Both the position numbers and the translations under genes were made by a program. A DNA stretch of 64,000 nucleotides. Source: Octopus vulgaris (lineage: Eukaryota). Of this stretch, positions 1-12,895 are shown piece by piece; position 1 is the stretch's first letter; each line of letters starts with the position of its first letter. The stretch is from contig OX597842.1 of NCBI GenBank assembly GCA_951406725.2, positions 19,964,001 to 20,028,000 of the forward strand. Direction: 5' to 3'. The notes under the pieces were generated by a model. That model was not told the origin of the DNA, did no database searches, and saw only the letters and a list, made by a program, of their open reading frames with translations.

Positions 1-984
1 AGAAAAAATAGTGTAATTGGTGTAAAACTACTTGTTCTAAACGAGTATCAAGAACACACACTCACACATGAATCATAAACTCCGTATTTCGCAAAAAAAA
101 AAAATAAAGAGAAGAAATTCTGGAAAAAGTGAAGAAATGTTGGATCTCATTCCTTGGTTAAAGCTATTTTAAACATTAAATTTATGCTTTTCTTTGAAAT
201 AGTTCAGATATATGCAATTCTTCTCACTTATTAAGATGCATTTATCAGAAAAAAAGAGACAGAAAAAATTATTATTTTGTGTCAATCCTTCCCTAATTAT
301 CCTTTATTAATTAGTTTTGGCGTGTATTTTTTTCCCAAATTTATTTTTTCACCTTTACAACACTGTTTAGTAAAGCAATTAATTATCTTTATAATTTGCA
401 TATTTGACTTATTAATCAAAATTCTCTAGATGTAATATATACTAAGTAATGCATCCTTCATTTATGTGTTCCGTTCTGTATTATGCATGCGTGACTGTTT
501 GTATGTAAGTGTGTTTAACTGTGCACATGAATGTGAATATTAAAGAACATATTTATTTACTATGATTGTTATTTTCAGAACAAATAAATCTTTTGGCTGT
601 TATGTTATTGATGTTATTATTATTGCTAGTTAAAGGGCGGTGACTTGGCTGAATATTTTGAGTCTTGTAGTATGTAGTTGTGTTAGTCAATATTCTGAGT
701 TCAAATCCAACTCATTTCTTTATCATCATTATCGATGGACCACTCAAAGAGGTATGTATACATTATCATTTTCGTAACATAATTTCTGTAGTATTTCAAG
801 ATGTTTCTGACACGTATTTTGATTCACATGGCGGAGATCCAACATTTCTTCACTTTTTCCAGAATTTCTTCTCTTTATTTTATTTTTTTTTTGCGAAATA
901 TGATTTTATGATTCATGTGTGAGTGTGTGTTCTTGATACTCGTTTAGAACAAGTAGTTTTACACCAATTACACTATTTTGTTCT
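1..984. mobile_element. Inverted-repeat (foldback/MITE-like) structure; arms 1-148 and 834-984, right side continuing into ~120-bp subrepeats to ~1440
   Basis: 1-148 is the near reverse complement of 834-984; related sequence recurs at ~46600-46900. Confidence 0.6.
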
Positions 985-1852
985 TAGTTTAAAACTAAAG
1001 ATGTGAAATTTCCGAAAGATGTGAAATTTCCGAAGCCTCTCCCCCACCCCCTATCGCGAGCGCGCATTTTTTTCATGATAGTCGTTTAGAGCAAGTTGTT
1101 TTACACCTATTACGCTGTTTTTGTTTTTGTTTTTGTGCCCGGTTCAGACGCTTTCGGAAATTCCCGATATAAATTTTCCGAGGCCTCTCCCCCACCCCCC
1201 TTTCGCGAGCGCGCATTTTTTTTTTTCATATTCGTTTAGAGCAAGTTGTTTTACACATATTACACTATTTTTTTTTTGTTTTGGTGCCCGGGTCAGCTCC
1301 TCAGACACTTTCGGAACTTCCCGATGTGAATTTTCCGAGGCCTCTCCCCCACCCCCTTTCGCGTGCGCGAATTTTTTTTTTCATATTCGTTCATAGGAAG
1401 TTGTTTTACACCTATTACACACATTTTTTTTTTGATTTTCTGATAATCGTAACGCCCTATATTAACCAAATTATTTTCCATTGCTTTGGGTTTTTTTCTT
1501 TCTTAAGCAATGGAAAATAGTTTAAACAATACACGTGAGTCTCAAAACAAACCGAATAATTTTAGACACACGCGTAACAATTAAATTAATTTATCAATGA
1601 AGAAAAAATGACGAAAGGCTAAAAGTAGGGTCAGGGTTAGTGTTAGTGAATTTTTTAAAATCAAAGTAAATAAAACTCAAAGTATGGATCGACTAGTCAT
1701 GACTAGCTTGTGCGGATGCGCGACGTCTATACTCAAGTAGTACCGCCTCTTCGTCGGTGCCATAAGAGAAGTTTGTGTCAGTGAATGAGGTCGTTTACCA
1801 AATCTGAAGAATTACGTCTGGAAATCTTTCGGCTTTGGCTGCAGAAGCGTCG

Positions 1853-3165
1853 AACACTTTTAAACTTCGTATACTGGTAGAATGTGACAAAATAAAACAT
1901 TTTTATACCCAAATCTTTTAAGAGCCTCGTCTGCCCTGCCCAACATTGGAATTTAAAAACACTTACCCGAGAACAAGTATTCCAGTAACGACGACGTAGC
2001 ATCTGCTGTCGCGGACTAAAAAATATGCAAAGTTCTCCACTAATAGAATTAACCACTGCAGCTTCGACAGTTGGGATGTGTGGGCGAGGGGGTACTAAGT
2101 TCAAAAATAAACATCATTAGGTCTCGTACCTCCTCGTACGACACTCGTATACATACTTATTATACATACGGACCCATACAAGCCTATACATATATACAGA
2201 GGTGGGCACGGTTAATCTAAAAGTTAACTTCGTTAATTCTTTGGAAATTCAACGGAAGGTAGGGTTAAGGTTTATTGAACAAGAGGCATACATACAGTTT
2301 AATACCCCACCGACTTTGTTGCCTCAAAACTTCCAAGAAGTTCATACTTTTTAACGAAACTTTCACCAAAGGCGCAGGAGTGGCAGTGTGGTAAGTAGCT
2401 TGCTTACCAACCACATGGTTCCGGGTTCAGTCCCACTGCGTGGCATCTTGGTTAAGTGTCTTCTACTATAGCCACGGGTCGACCAAAGCCTTGTGAGTGG
2501 ATTTGGTAGATAAAAACAGAACAAGCACACACACACACGAACAGGCACACACACACTATGGAAATTACACGGAATCAGATCTTTTCCTTGTGAACGGCAG
2601 TTTTCAACACAATTTCTAGTCAACAAACACTTTTAAACTTCGTATACTGGTAGAATGTGACAAAATAAAACATTTTTATACCCCAATCTTTTAAGAGCCT
2701 CGTCTGCCCTGTCCAAAATTGGAATTTAAAAACACTTACCCGAGAACAAGTATTCCAGTAACGACGACGTAGCATCTGCTGTCGCGGACTAAAAAATATG
2801 CAAAGTTCTCCACTAATAGAATTAACCACTGCAGCTTCGACAGTTGGGATGTGTGGGCGAGGGGGTACTAAGTTCAAAAATAAACATCATTAGGTCTCGT
2901 ACCTCCTCGTACGACACTCGTATACATACTTATTATACATACGGACCCATACAAGCCTATACATATATACAGAGGTGGGCACGGTTAATCTAAAAGTTAA
3001 CTTCGTTAATTCTTTGGAAATTCAACGGAAGGTAGGGTTAAGGTTTATTGAACCACCGACTTTAATACCCCACCGACTTTGTTGCATCAAAACTTCCAAG
3101 AAGTCGATACTTTTTAACGAAACTTTCACCAAAGGCGCAGGAGTGGCAGTGTGATAAGTAGCTTG
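1853..3165. repeat. Local direct duplication, offset 773 bp
   Basis: 1853-2400 recurs almost identically from 2626; ORFs ending at 2104 and 2877 are copies. Confidence 0.9.
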
Positions 3166-3645
3166 TGGTAAGTTTAAAAGTGTTTAGTTACGTGGAAATT
3201 ATTTAAAAAAACTGCCGGTCAAACGGAAAAGATCCCAAATATCTTACAAACTATAGAATTTTCTCAATAAAGCCAAGAGAAAAAGATGTTTTATAAACAC
3301 ATTCTACCAGTATACGAAGTTTAAAAGTGTTTAGTTACGTGGAAATTATTTAAAAAAACTGCCGGTCAAACGGAAAAGATCCCAAATATCTTACAAACTA
3401 TAGAATTTTCTCAATAAAGCCAAGAGAAAAAGATGTTTTATAAACACATTCTACCAGGCCGAAATATTATTCTAACTGTTTAATAGTCAAACTGGGTACA
3501 TCCACCCTCTCACTCTACACTACAACAGTCTCAAGATTAACAATCATATTATGAAAATTTTAAAACGACAAGGTAATGAATGATTAACTTTTAAAAAATA
3601 TGAATAAATATTATAAAAAATATAATATAAAAAATATGAACAAAT

Positions 3646-4173
3646 AGGTGTAGGAGTGGCTGTGTGGTAAGTAGCTTGTTTACCAACCACATGGTTCAGG
3701 GTTCAGTCCCACTGCGTGGCATCTTGGGCAAGTGTCTTCTGCTATAGCCCCAGGCCGACCAATGCCTTGTGAGTGGATTTGGTAGATGGAAACTGAAAGA
3801 AGCCCGTCGTATATATATATATGTAGGCATAGGAGTGGCTGTGTGGAAAGTAGCTTGCTTACCAACCACATGGTTCCGGGTTCAGTCCCACTGCGTGGTA
3901 TCTTGGGCAAGTGTCTTCTGCTATAGCCCCAGGCCGACCAATGCCTTGTGAGTGGATTTGGTAGATGGAAACTGAAAGAAGCCCGTCGTATATATATATG
4001 TGTAGGCATAGGAGTGGCTGTGTGGTAAGTAGCTTGTTTACCAACCACATGGTTCCGGGTTCAGTCCCACTGCGTGGTATCTTGGGCAAGTGTCTTCTAC
4101 TATAGCTTCGGGCCGACCGATGCCTTGTGAGTGGATTTGGTAGACGGAAACTGAAAGAAGCCTGTCGTATATA

Positions 4174-4270
<97 letters not shown>

Positions 4271-4480
4271 ATATGTTTGTGTGTCTGTGTTTGTCCCCCC
4301 TAGCATTGCTTGACAACCGATGCTGGTGTGTTTAAGTCCCCGTCACTTAGTGGTTCGGCAAAAGAGACTGATAGAATAAGTACTGGGCTTACAAAGAATA
4401 AGTCCCGGGGTGGATTTGCTCGACTAAAGGCGGTGCTCCAGTATGGCCGCAGTCAAATGACTGAAATAAATAAAAGAGTA
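3646..4480 (+). mobile_element. tRNA-derived SINE family A: two tandem 5' heads followed by a full copy with internal (TA)n
   Basis: A-box-like TGGCTGTGTGG, B-box-like GGTTCAGTCC, 3' tail GGCGGTGCTCCAG..GAAAYAARTAAAAGA; many copies in the window. Confidence 0.9.
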
Positions 4481-4853
4481 AATATTATAAAAAAAAATGA
4501 ATAAATAGTCCCTCAATGGCGGTGCCCCAGCATGGCCACAGCTCATGAGCTGAAACTAGATGAAGTATAAAAATATGAATAAATGAAAATTAGTCAGAAT
4601 AATCTGATTGCTAAAGGGTTCAACCAGCCATATCTGCTCCAGATATTCTCCATGTTTTATGTTCAAACTTGCCTAATCCAGCCTTTTACACTTACCCTGC
4701 AATGTTATTCTAGAAATAAAGAGACGAGGACAGTTGTGTAAGAAAGGAAACTGGAGGGAAACTGTGGAAAAGGCGGCCCAAGGAAGATGTGTGAAGCGAG
4801 AGTGAAATATGATCTTTGGATGCTGAGTCTCATAGAGGTGATGACAAGTGACT

Positions 4854-6558
4854 GGGACTTCTTGTGATTTGCTGTGCTTGAGAAAACATGTCAAAACACT
4901 TCTTTTCACTGCATTGCTCCAGTCCACTCAGCTGTCAAAGGGTAACTTTGCAACCGATTGGCAGAAAAGGGTGAAATGGTGTCTCAGAAAAATCCCCCAA
5001 ACGGAGGTCCCGCAAGCCACATAGTGTATTCAATGATCAAAAGGGACTTCTTGGGATATGCTGTGCTTGAGAAAACATGTCAAAACACTTCTTTTCACTG
5101 CATTGCTCCAGTCCACTCAGCCGTCAAAGGGTAACTTTGCAACCGATTGGCAGAAAAGGGTGAAATGGTGTCTCAGAAAAATCCCCCAAATGGAGGTCCC
5201 GCAAGCCACATAGTGTATTCAATGATCAAAAGGGACTTCTTGGGATATGCTGTGCTTGAGAAAACATGTCAAAACACTTCTTTTCACTGCATTGCTCCAG
5301 TCCACTCAGCCGTCAAAGGGTAAGTTTGCAACCGATTGGCAGAAAAGGGTGAAATGGTGACTCAGAAAAATCCCCCAAACGGAGGTCCCGAAAGCCACAT
5401 AGTGTATTCAATGATCAAAAGGGACTTCTTGTGATTTACTGTACTTGAGAAAACATGTCAAAACACTTGTTTTCACTGCATTGCTCCAGTCCACTCAACC
5501 GTCAATGGGTAACTTTGCAACCGATTGGCAGAAAAGGGTGAAATGGTGACTCAGAAAAATCCCCCAAACGGAGGTCCCGGAAGCCACATAGTGTATTCAA
5601 TGATCAAAAGGGACTTCTTGCGATTTGCTGTGCTTGAAAAAACATGTCAAAACACTTCTTTTCACTGCATTGCTCCAGTCCACTCAGCCGTCAAAGGGTA
5701 AGTTTGCAACCGATTGGCAGAAAAGGGTGAAATGGTGTTTCAGAAAAATCCCCCAAACGGAGGTTCCCCAAGCCACATAGTGTATTCAATGATCAAAAGG
5801 GACTTCTTCGGATTTGTTGTGCTTGAGAAAACATGTCAAAACACTTCTTTTCACTGCATTGCTCCAGTCCACTCAGCCGTCAAAGGGTAAGTTTGCAACC
5901 GATTGGCAGAAAAGGGTGAAATGGTGTCTCAGAAAAATCCCCCAAACGGAGGTCCCACAAGCCACATAGTGTATTCAATGATCAAAAGGGACTTCTTGGG
6001 ATTTGTTGTGCTTGAGAAAACATGTCAAAACACTTCTTTTCACTTCATTGCTCCAGTCCACTCAGCCGTCAAAGGGTAAGTTTGCAACTGATTGGCAGAA
6101 AAGGGTGAAATGGTGACTCAGAAAAATCCCCCAAACGGAGGTCCCACAAGCCACATAGTGTATTCAATTATCAAAAGGGACTTCTTGCGATTTGCTGTGC
6201 TTGAGAAAACACGTCAAAACACTTGTTTTCACTGCATTGCTCCAGTCCACTCAACCGTCAAAGGGTAACTTTGCAACCGATTGGCAGAAAAGGGTGAAAT
6301 GGTGACTCAGAAAAATCCCCCAAACGGAGGTCCCGCAAGCCACATAGTGTATTCAATGATCAAAAGGGACTTCTTGCGATTTGCTGTGCTTGAGAAAACA
6401 TGTCAAAACACTTCTTTTCACTGCATTGCTCCAGTCCACTCAGCCGTCAAACGGTAACTTTGCAACCGATTGGCAGAAAAGGGTGAAATGGTGAATCAGA
6501 AAAATCCCCCCAAACAGAGGTCCCACAAGCTACATATTGTATCTAATGATCAAAAGGG
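4854..6558. repeat. Tandem array, 9 x 189 bp
   Basis: GGGACTTCTT restarts at 4854, 5043, 5232 and onward to 6366. Confidence 0.95.
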
Positions 6559-6579
6559 TGAATAATACAACACATATTT

Positions 6580-7090
6580 AAGTCAATTACATCGACCCCA
6601 GTGCGTAACTGGTACTTAATTTATCGACCCCGAAAGGATGAAAGGCAAAGACGACCTCGACAGAATTTGAACTCAGAACATCACGACAGACGAAATACCT
6701 ATTTCTTTACTCCCCTCAAGGGGCTAAACACAGAGGAGACAAACAAGGACAGACACATGGATTAAGTCGATTACATCGACCCCAGTGCGTAACTGGTACT
6801 TAATTTATCGACCCCGAAAGGATGAAAGGCAAAGACGACCTCGACAGAATTTGAACTCAGAACGTCACGGCAGACGAAATACCTATTTCTTTATAACTCA
6901 CAAGGGGCTAAACACACGGATTAAGTCGATTACATTGACTCCAGTGCATAACTGGTACTTAATTTATCGACCCCGAAAGGATGAAAGGCAAAGACGACCT
7001 CGGCGGAATTTGAACTCTGAACGTAACGACAGATGAAATACAGCTACGCATTTCGCCCGGCGTGCTAACGATTCTGCCAGCTCACTGCCT
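6580..7090 (-). mobile_element. tRNA-derived SINE family B (Nin-domain-like), partially tandem-duplicated
   Basis: Minus strand reads ..GAGTTCAAATTCCGCCGAGGTCG..CCTTTCATCCTTTCGGGGTCGATAAATTAAGTACCAG; other copies at ~27100-27320, 42180-42390, 49840-50105. Confidence 0.8.
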
Positions 7091-7282
7091 TATTATGAAC
7101 CCATATTATGAACCCCAACTTGTAGGCATTGGATGTTGAACCACATCAAATGTTTATACTCTGCTAGATATTTTAAGCATTTCAGCATGAAAAAATAATT
7201 CAAAAAATCCCTGTCAAAACAGAGGAAATCAAATTTATGTGGGCAGCCGATTCCTGTATTCTTTCCACTTGTATAGTTATGC

Positions 7283-8733
7283 CTTAACCCTTTCATTACT
7301 GTATTTCTGTTGAGATGCTCTGTGCTTCTTTCAATTATTTTAAATATTATAAATAATAATAATAATAATAATTGTGTACAGTGCTCAGGTGCACTACAAC
7401 TCATCTAAAGTGTATATATAATCAGGTGTAGTTTCGGCGGATTTCGGAAAGCATGAGGGCCTTAAAAGATGCAGTGTCATGGCAGTCAACAACTGACGCA
7501 GGCAGTTTATTCCATGCTTCAGCAACTCTGAGCATGAAAAAATGTTTCCGAAAGTCATGGGAGCTGTGTTGTTTTCTGACTTTGTAGGCATGTCCACGTG
7601 TGTTAGACACATGGAGATCAAAAAGGTGTTCAGCGTTGTTGTTGGTGAGGTGGTTGATAACTTTGTGGGTGTTTACCAAGTCCGTCGCCAAACGCCGGAG
7701 CTTCAGTGAATCCATGCCCAGGGAAACAAGGCGCTCAGAATATGGTAGGTGTCTGATGGAGGGTATGCGTTTGGTTGCACGTCTCTGGACAGATTCCAGG
7801 AGGTCAATGTTCTGTGCAAGATAGGGGTTCCAAACTGATGATGCGAATTCCAAGTGTGGTCGTACCATAGCTGTATACAGTTTTAAATAGATGGCTGGAG
7901 AGCGGCTAACAAAAGACCTGCTGAGTGATGCCAAAGAATTTAGTAAAATAACATCGTTATCATTAAGCTTGTATTAGGAACATAAATTGTGACTAAGGTT
8001 TGGTGGAAGACTTTAATTCAAAACTTATGAAAACAAGGCATTTGTACTCAGAGCCAGAGCCGGTTTCAGCCGGGTTGGTATCAAAAGGGTTAAGAATTGT
8101 TTCTCTAATATATATTTTAACCCTTTTGTTACCATATTTCTATTGAGATGCTCTGTGTTTCTTTCAATTATTTTAAATATAACAAAGTATTTAGTAAAAT
8201 AACTTAGTTATCATTCAGCTAGTGTTCGGAATATTAATTGTGACTAATGTTTGGTGGAAGATTTTAATTCAAAACTTATGAAAACAAGACATCTGTACTA
8301 CAGGGTCAGAGGTGGTTTCAGCCAGGTTGGTATCAAAAGGGTTAAGAATTGTTTCTCTATTATATATTTTTAAGCCTTTTGTTACCATATTTCTGTTGAG
8401 ATGTTCTGTGTTTCTTTCAATTAAAAGAAAACAAGACATCTGTACTCAGAGCCAGAGGTGGTTTCAGCCAGGTTGGTATCAAAAGGGTTAAGAATTGTTT
8501 CTTTATTATATATTTTTAAGCCCTTTGTTACCATATTCTGTTGAGATGCTCTGTGTTTCTTTCAATTAATTTTAAATATAACAAAGAATTTAGTAAAATA
8601 ACATCGTTATCATTAAGCTAATGTTAGGAACATAAATTGTGACTAAGGTTTGGTGGAAGATTTTAATTCAAAACTTATGAAAACAAGACATTTGTACTCA
8701 GAGCCAGAGCCGGGTTGGTAACGAAAGGGTTAA
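7283..8733. mobile_element. Tandem MITEs with TTAACCCTTT...AAAGGGTTAA ends (piggyBac-like termini)
   Basis: About four copies with short TIRs bounded by TTAA; another copy at 25409-25638. Confidence 0.7.
7370..7934 (-). mobile_element. CR1/L2-like LINE 3' fragment (C-terminal RT region) inserted in a MITE
   Basis: ORF 7422-7934 LKLYTAMVRPHLEFASSVWNPY..ESVQRRATK..WNKLP is typical of this clade; MITE halves flank it. Confidence 0.9.
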
Positions 8734-8777
8734 TGAGGATGAATTATTAAGAATAAGAATGACGAATAAAAACTTAC

Positions 8778-8820
8778 AAAATAATGCAGACAAACAACAA
8801 AAGAACTTTAGAATGTCCAT
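8778..8820 (-). CDS. Orphan signal-peptide exon of the Ig-like family (MDILKFFCCLSALF, phase 1)
   Basis: ttttacag|ATCATG...|GTAAGT; identical to the exon at 25683-25725; no downstream partner exons found in the window. Confidence 0.55.
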
Positions 8821-9002
8821 GATCTGTAAAAGTAATTTTCTAAAATTGAAAAACAACAAAAATTATTTCAGTTACACAAAGTTTACAACAACGAACCAAT
8901 GGCGGATATCTAATTAATTAAAAGTCTAGACAAAATAGCTGGGAAATTGCAAATCCAATTATACAGGTTAATCCAGTTATACAGGTTAATCCAGTTATAC
9001 AA

Positions 9003-9675
9003 GCGCAGGAGTGGCTGTGTGGTAAGTAGCTTGTCTACCAACCACATGGTTCCAGGTTCAGTCCCATTGCGTTGCACCTTGGGCGAGTGTCTTCTAATAT
9101 AGCCTCGGGCCGACCAAAGCCTTGTGAGTGGATTTGGTAGACGGAAACTGAAAAGAAGCCTGTCGTATATATGTATATATATTTATATATGTGTTTGTGT
9201 GTCTGTGTTTGTCCCCCGCTAGCATCGCTTGACAACCGATGCTGGTGTGTTTATGTCCCCGTTACTTAGCTGTTCGGCAAAAGAGACCGATTGAATAAGT
9301 ACTGGGCTTACAAAAGAATAAGTTCCGGGGTCGATTTGCTCGATTAAAGGCGGTGCTCCAGCATGGCCGTAGTCAAATGACTGAAACAAGTAAAAGAGTA
9401 AACTTAGCGGTTCGGCAAAAAAACCCCGATAGAATAAGTACTGGGCTTACAAAAGAATATGTCCCGGGGTCGATTTGCGCGATTAAAGGCGGTGCTCCAG
9501 CATGGCCGTAGTCAAATGACTGAAACAAGTAAAAGAGTAAACTTAGCGGTTCGGCAAAAGAGACCGATAGAATAAGTACTGGGCTTACAAAAGAATAAGT
9601 CGCGGGGTCAATTTGCTCGATTAAAGGCGGTGCCCCAGCATGGCCGCAGTCAAATGACTGAAACAAGTAACAGAG
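9003..9675 (+). mobile_element. SINE family A with triplicated 3' half
   Basis: Full SINE followed by two further CTTAGCGGTTCGGC..GAAACAAGTAA units. Confidence 0.9.
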
Positions 9676-9822
9676 AGGTTAATAATACAGGTTAATACGC
9701 AGTTTAGTGTTGTAAAAAGGTGAAAGCAATTTATTGGTGGTCCTAATGAAAGTGTAAGCTAATTAACAAGGCTATTCTTAATTGGTTCAAGCCGTATACT
9801 CGAAATTAAAACTACATCCACA

Positions 9823-10338
9823 AATCTTTATATATAAAACTGTAGTTGTGTGAGTGTCTGTCCCCTTCGATTTAGATTCCTAACTACTCCCACATTTTGC
9901 GGTGCAGTGTAACCAAAACCGGGTATCTTATAGTCGTGATTCATATCGAGCCCGTCTGGGTATTAGCGCGCGTCTACGATGAGTCTACGATTTAAAAAAT
10001 AATTTAACATCATTTTTTATTCCATTTTAATGCATATTTTATCGTGTGTCGATGGCGGCGGAGTTGGCGTCCATGGTCACACCTGCACCTGTTTGCTTCT
10101 CCCCCTTCTTCCCTCCCTCGTGAAGCTGTGGGGAAGGGAGTGTAAGGAAATCAACGTCGTAAAGCGTTGTCAAGGAGACCAGCGTTCTTTTAGAACAACG
10201 ACTTCATGGCTTGAAGACACCAAAACAGAAATGGCTAAGAAAGCCCGAATTGGCATCTATAAGGGAAGTAACTCTCTAAAAATGCTTATATAGTTATTTC
10301 CCTTACAAACCCGAGCAACGCCGGCCGATACTGCTAGT
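9823..10338 (+). mobile_element. Non-autonomous Helitron-like element
   Basis: 5' A|TC start, 3' GC-rich CCGAGCAACGCCGG then CTAG|T; related copy on the minus strand at ~44910-45188. Confidence 0.65.
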
Positions 10339-10520
10339 ATATATATAAAGATATAAGCATCTACTGTTAGCCATTATCGTGGCAAACGATACTTAATCAA
10401 ATACCAGTATTAAATGTTTGAACTACTGTGGGTCTTTACTAGGGTTTTTCTTTTATAAGCGAGACTTAAACATGTACATTAATCTCTAATAAACCATTTT
10501 ATACATTACACGCCCATAAA

Positions 10521-12895
10521 ATGCCTCGTAGATCTTATTCAGCTATGTTTAAACTTTGCTGAAGAGCATGGTAGAAAATTTGATGTGGACGAAAGCAATG
10601 TTCAGGTTATGGAGAAGAAATAAAGCTGAAATTAAACAGATGCCAAAGATAAAGAAGGCAAGAAGGGGGGGGGAAAAGCCAAACATCCTGAACTTGAAAA
10701 AGATTTGCGGATCTTTTCTTTTTGAACGGCAGTTTGTAACATAATTTCTAGGTAACTAAAAAGTTTTAAACTTCGTATACTGAAAAAACTGCTGTTCAAA
10801 CCGAAAAGATCCCGATTGCCTATTTATGACAAAACATTTGACAATAAAACTTTTTAAGAGTTTTGTTTAATGTTCATATCTAGACCCGGAACTGAAAATC
10901 CAAAAAATAGAAAAAATATTCGAATAGGTGTAAAACAATGTGTAGGCAACGAACAGGGGGGAAAATGCGCGTAAAGCAACAGGAGGGTGGGGTGAGGACT
11001 TGGAAAAAATCACAAGATCCGAGTTTTTCTCTAAACTTTTAGGAAAATGGGTTTTTTCAATGAAATTTTATAGAAATACCGGATCTTTTCGCTTTGAACG
11101 GCAGATTTTTAAAAATAATTTCCACGTAACTAAACACTTTTAAACTTCGTATACTGGTAGAATGTGTTTATAAAACATCTTTTTCTCTTGGCTTTATTGA
11201 GAAAATTCTATAGTTTGTAAGATATTTCGTCTGAAAATCCGAGTGAAAGTTAACTAGAAATTGTCTGCCATTCAAAAGGAAAAGATCCAAATTTGCTTGA
11301 ATGTGTAGAGGAAAGAAGACTTGGTGGAATAGCCATTAATAACATTTGGGGATACAGGCAAAATTCGTTGCCAAAAAGATAAAACTTAATGGGTCAGAAT
11401 TTAAAGCATCCCATGGCTGGGCCAGTAACTTTATGTCAAGGCACGACTTGTCTATTAGGAGGCGAACCCACATTTCACAAAAAGTTACCAGCTGATATTG
11501 AAGAGAAGTTAATGAACTTTCAGAAGTTTATTATTAAAATGCGATGGAAAAAGGATTATCCGTTGTGGATCTTTTCGTTTTGAATGGCAGACAATTTCTA
11601 GGTAACGAAACACCTTAAAACTTCGTATACTGTTAGAATGTGTCAAAATAAAACATTTTTTTCTCTTGGCTTTCTTGAGAAAATTGTAATTTGTAAGTTT
11701 AACGTAGTTTAATTTTTCGAATTTTAACCAATCCTATGCTCTCTTTTGAGTTAAAATCATTTGCTGCGTCTAAAACTGAGACAACATCCTGTAACTAACC
11801 CTAATCCTCCCCCTAACCCTTACCTTAATTTTTTTTCTTAATTATTAAATTAATTTAATTGTTACGCGTGTAAAGAAAATTAAAGCAATGGAATTAAATT
11901 AATTTAACAATTAAGAAAAAAAATTAGGGTTAGGGTTAGGGTCAGGTTTAGGGTTAGTTACAGGATGTTGTCTAAGTTTTAGACGCAGCAAATGATTTTA
12001 GTTGAATGGAGGTAATTGATTGGTTAAAATTGCCGAAATGCTCGGATTTTCAGACGAAATATCTTACAAACTATAGAATTTTCTCAATAAAACCAAGAGA
12101 AAAAGATGTTTTATAAAAACATTCTACCAGTATACGAAGTTTAAAAGTGTTTAGTTACGTGGAAATTATTTTAAAAAACTGCCGTTCAAACCGAAAAGAT
12201 CCCAAATATCTTACAAACTATAGAATTTTCTCAATAAAGCCAAGAGAAAAAGATGTTTTATAAACACATTTTACCAGTATACGAAGTTTAAAAGTGTTTA
12301 GTTACGTGGAAATTATTTTAAAAAACTGCCGGTCAAACGGAAAAGATCCCAAATATCTTACAAACTATAGAATTTTCTCAATAAAACCAAGAGAAAAAGA
12401 TGTTTTATAAACATATTCTACCAGTATACGAAGTTTAAAAGTGTTTAGTTACGTGGAAATTATTTTAAAAAACTGCCGGTCAAACAGAAAAGATCCCAAA
12501 TATCTTACAAACTATAGAATTTTCTCAATAAAGCCAAGAGAAAAAGATGTTTTATAAACATATTCTACCAGTATACGAAGTTTAAAAGTGTTTAGTTAAC
12601 TAGAAATTGTGTTGACACGTGCCGTTCAAAAGGAAAAGATCCCCCGTTGTCATTGCTTGGTAAAGCGAACCAGACCCCATTAACTTTTGATATTCCTGCA
12701 GATAGCACAATACTAGATTTCAGTGGTACATCGTCAATTACAATTAAAACCACGGGCCACGAAAGAAATCGTTTTACTGTCATGTTAGCTTGTATGGCTG
12801 ACGGTATAAAACTTAAACCTTATATAATATTCAAACGTAAGACAGCACCCAAAACCGTGGAATTTCCAACAGGGATTATTGTTAGATATCAACCC
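10521..12895 (+). pseudogene. Fragmented pogo/Tigger-type transposase (CENPB-type HTH + DDE_1)
   Basis: Joined pieces read MPRRSYSA..FKASHGWASNFMSRHDLSIRRRTHISQKLP..QTPLTFD..TTGHERNRFTVMLACMADG; split by later insertions; TIR-like end at ~13105-13129. Confidence 0.85.
11567..12642. mobile_element. Non-autonomous DNA transposon (GGATCTTTTC..GAAAAGATCC TIRs, ~8-bp TSD, hAT-like) with TTAGGG-like and 147-bp internal repeats
   Basis: TIRs; TSD (T/C)CCGTTGT; family members at 10709-11288, 13213-13625, 15815-16351, 26352-27062, 40906-41385, 48668-49175. Confidence 0.75.

Noticed and set aside
3646-3720. tRNA gene candidates (A/B boxes)
   Set aside because: SINE heads that run into SINE bodies; no convincing cloverleaf
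4854-6558. CRISPR-like regular array
   Set aside because: Whole units repeat with no unique spacers; eukaryotic context
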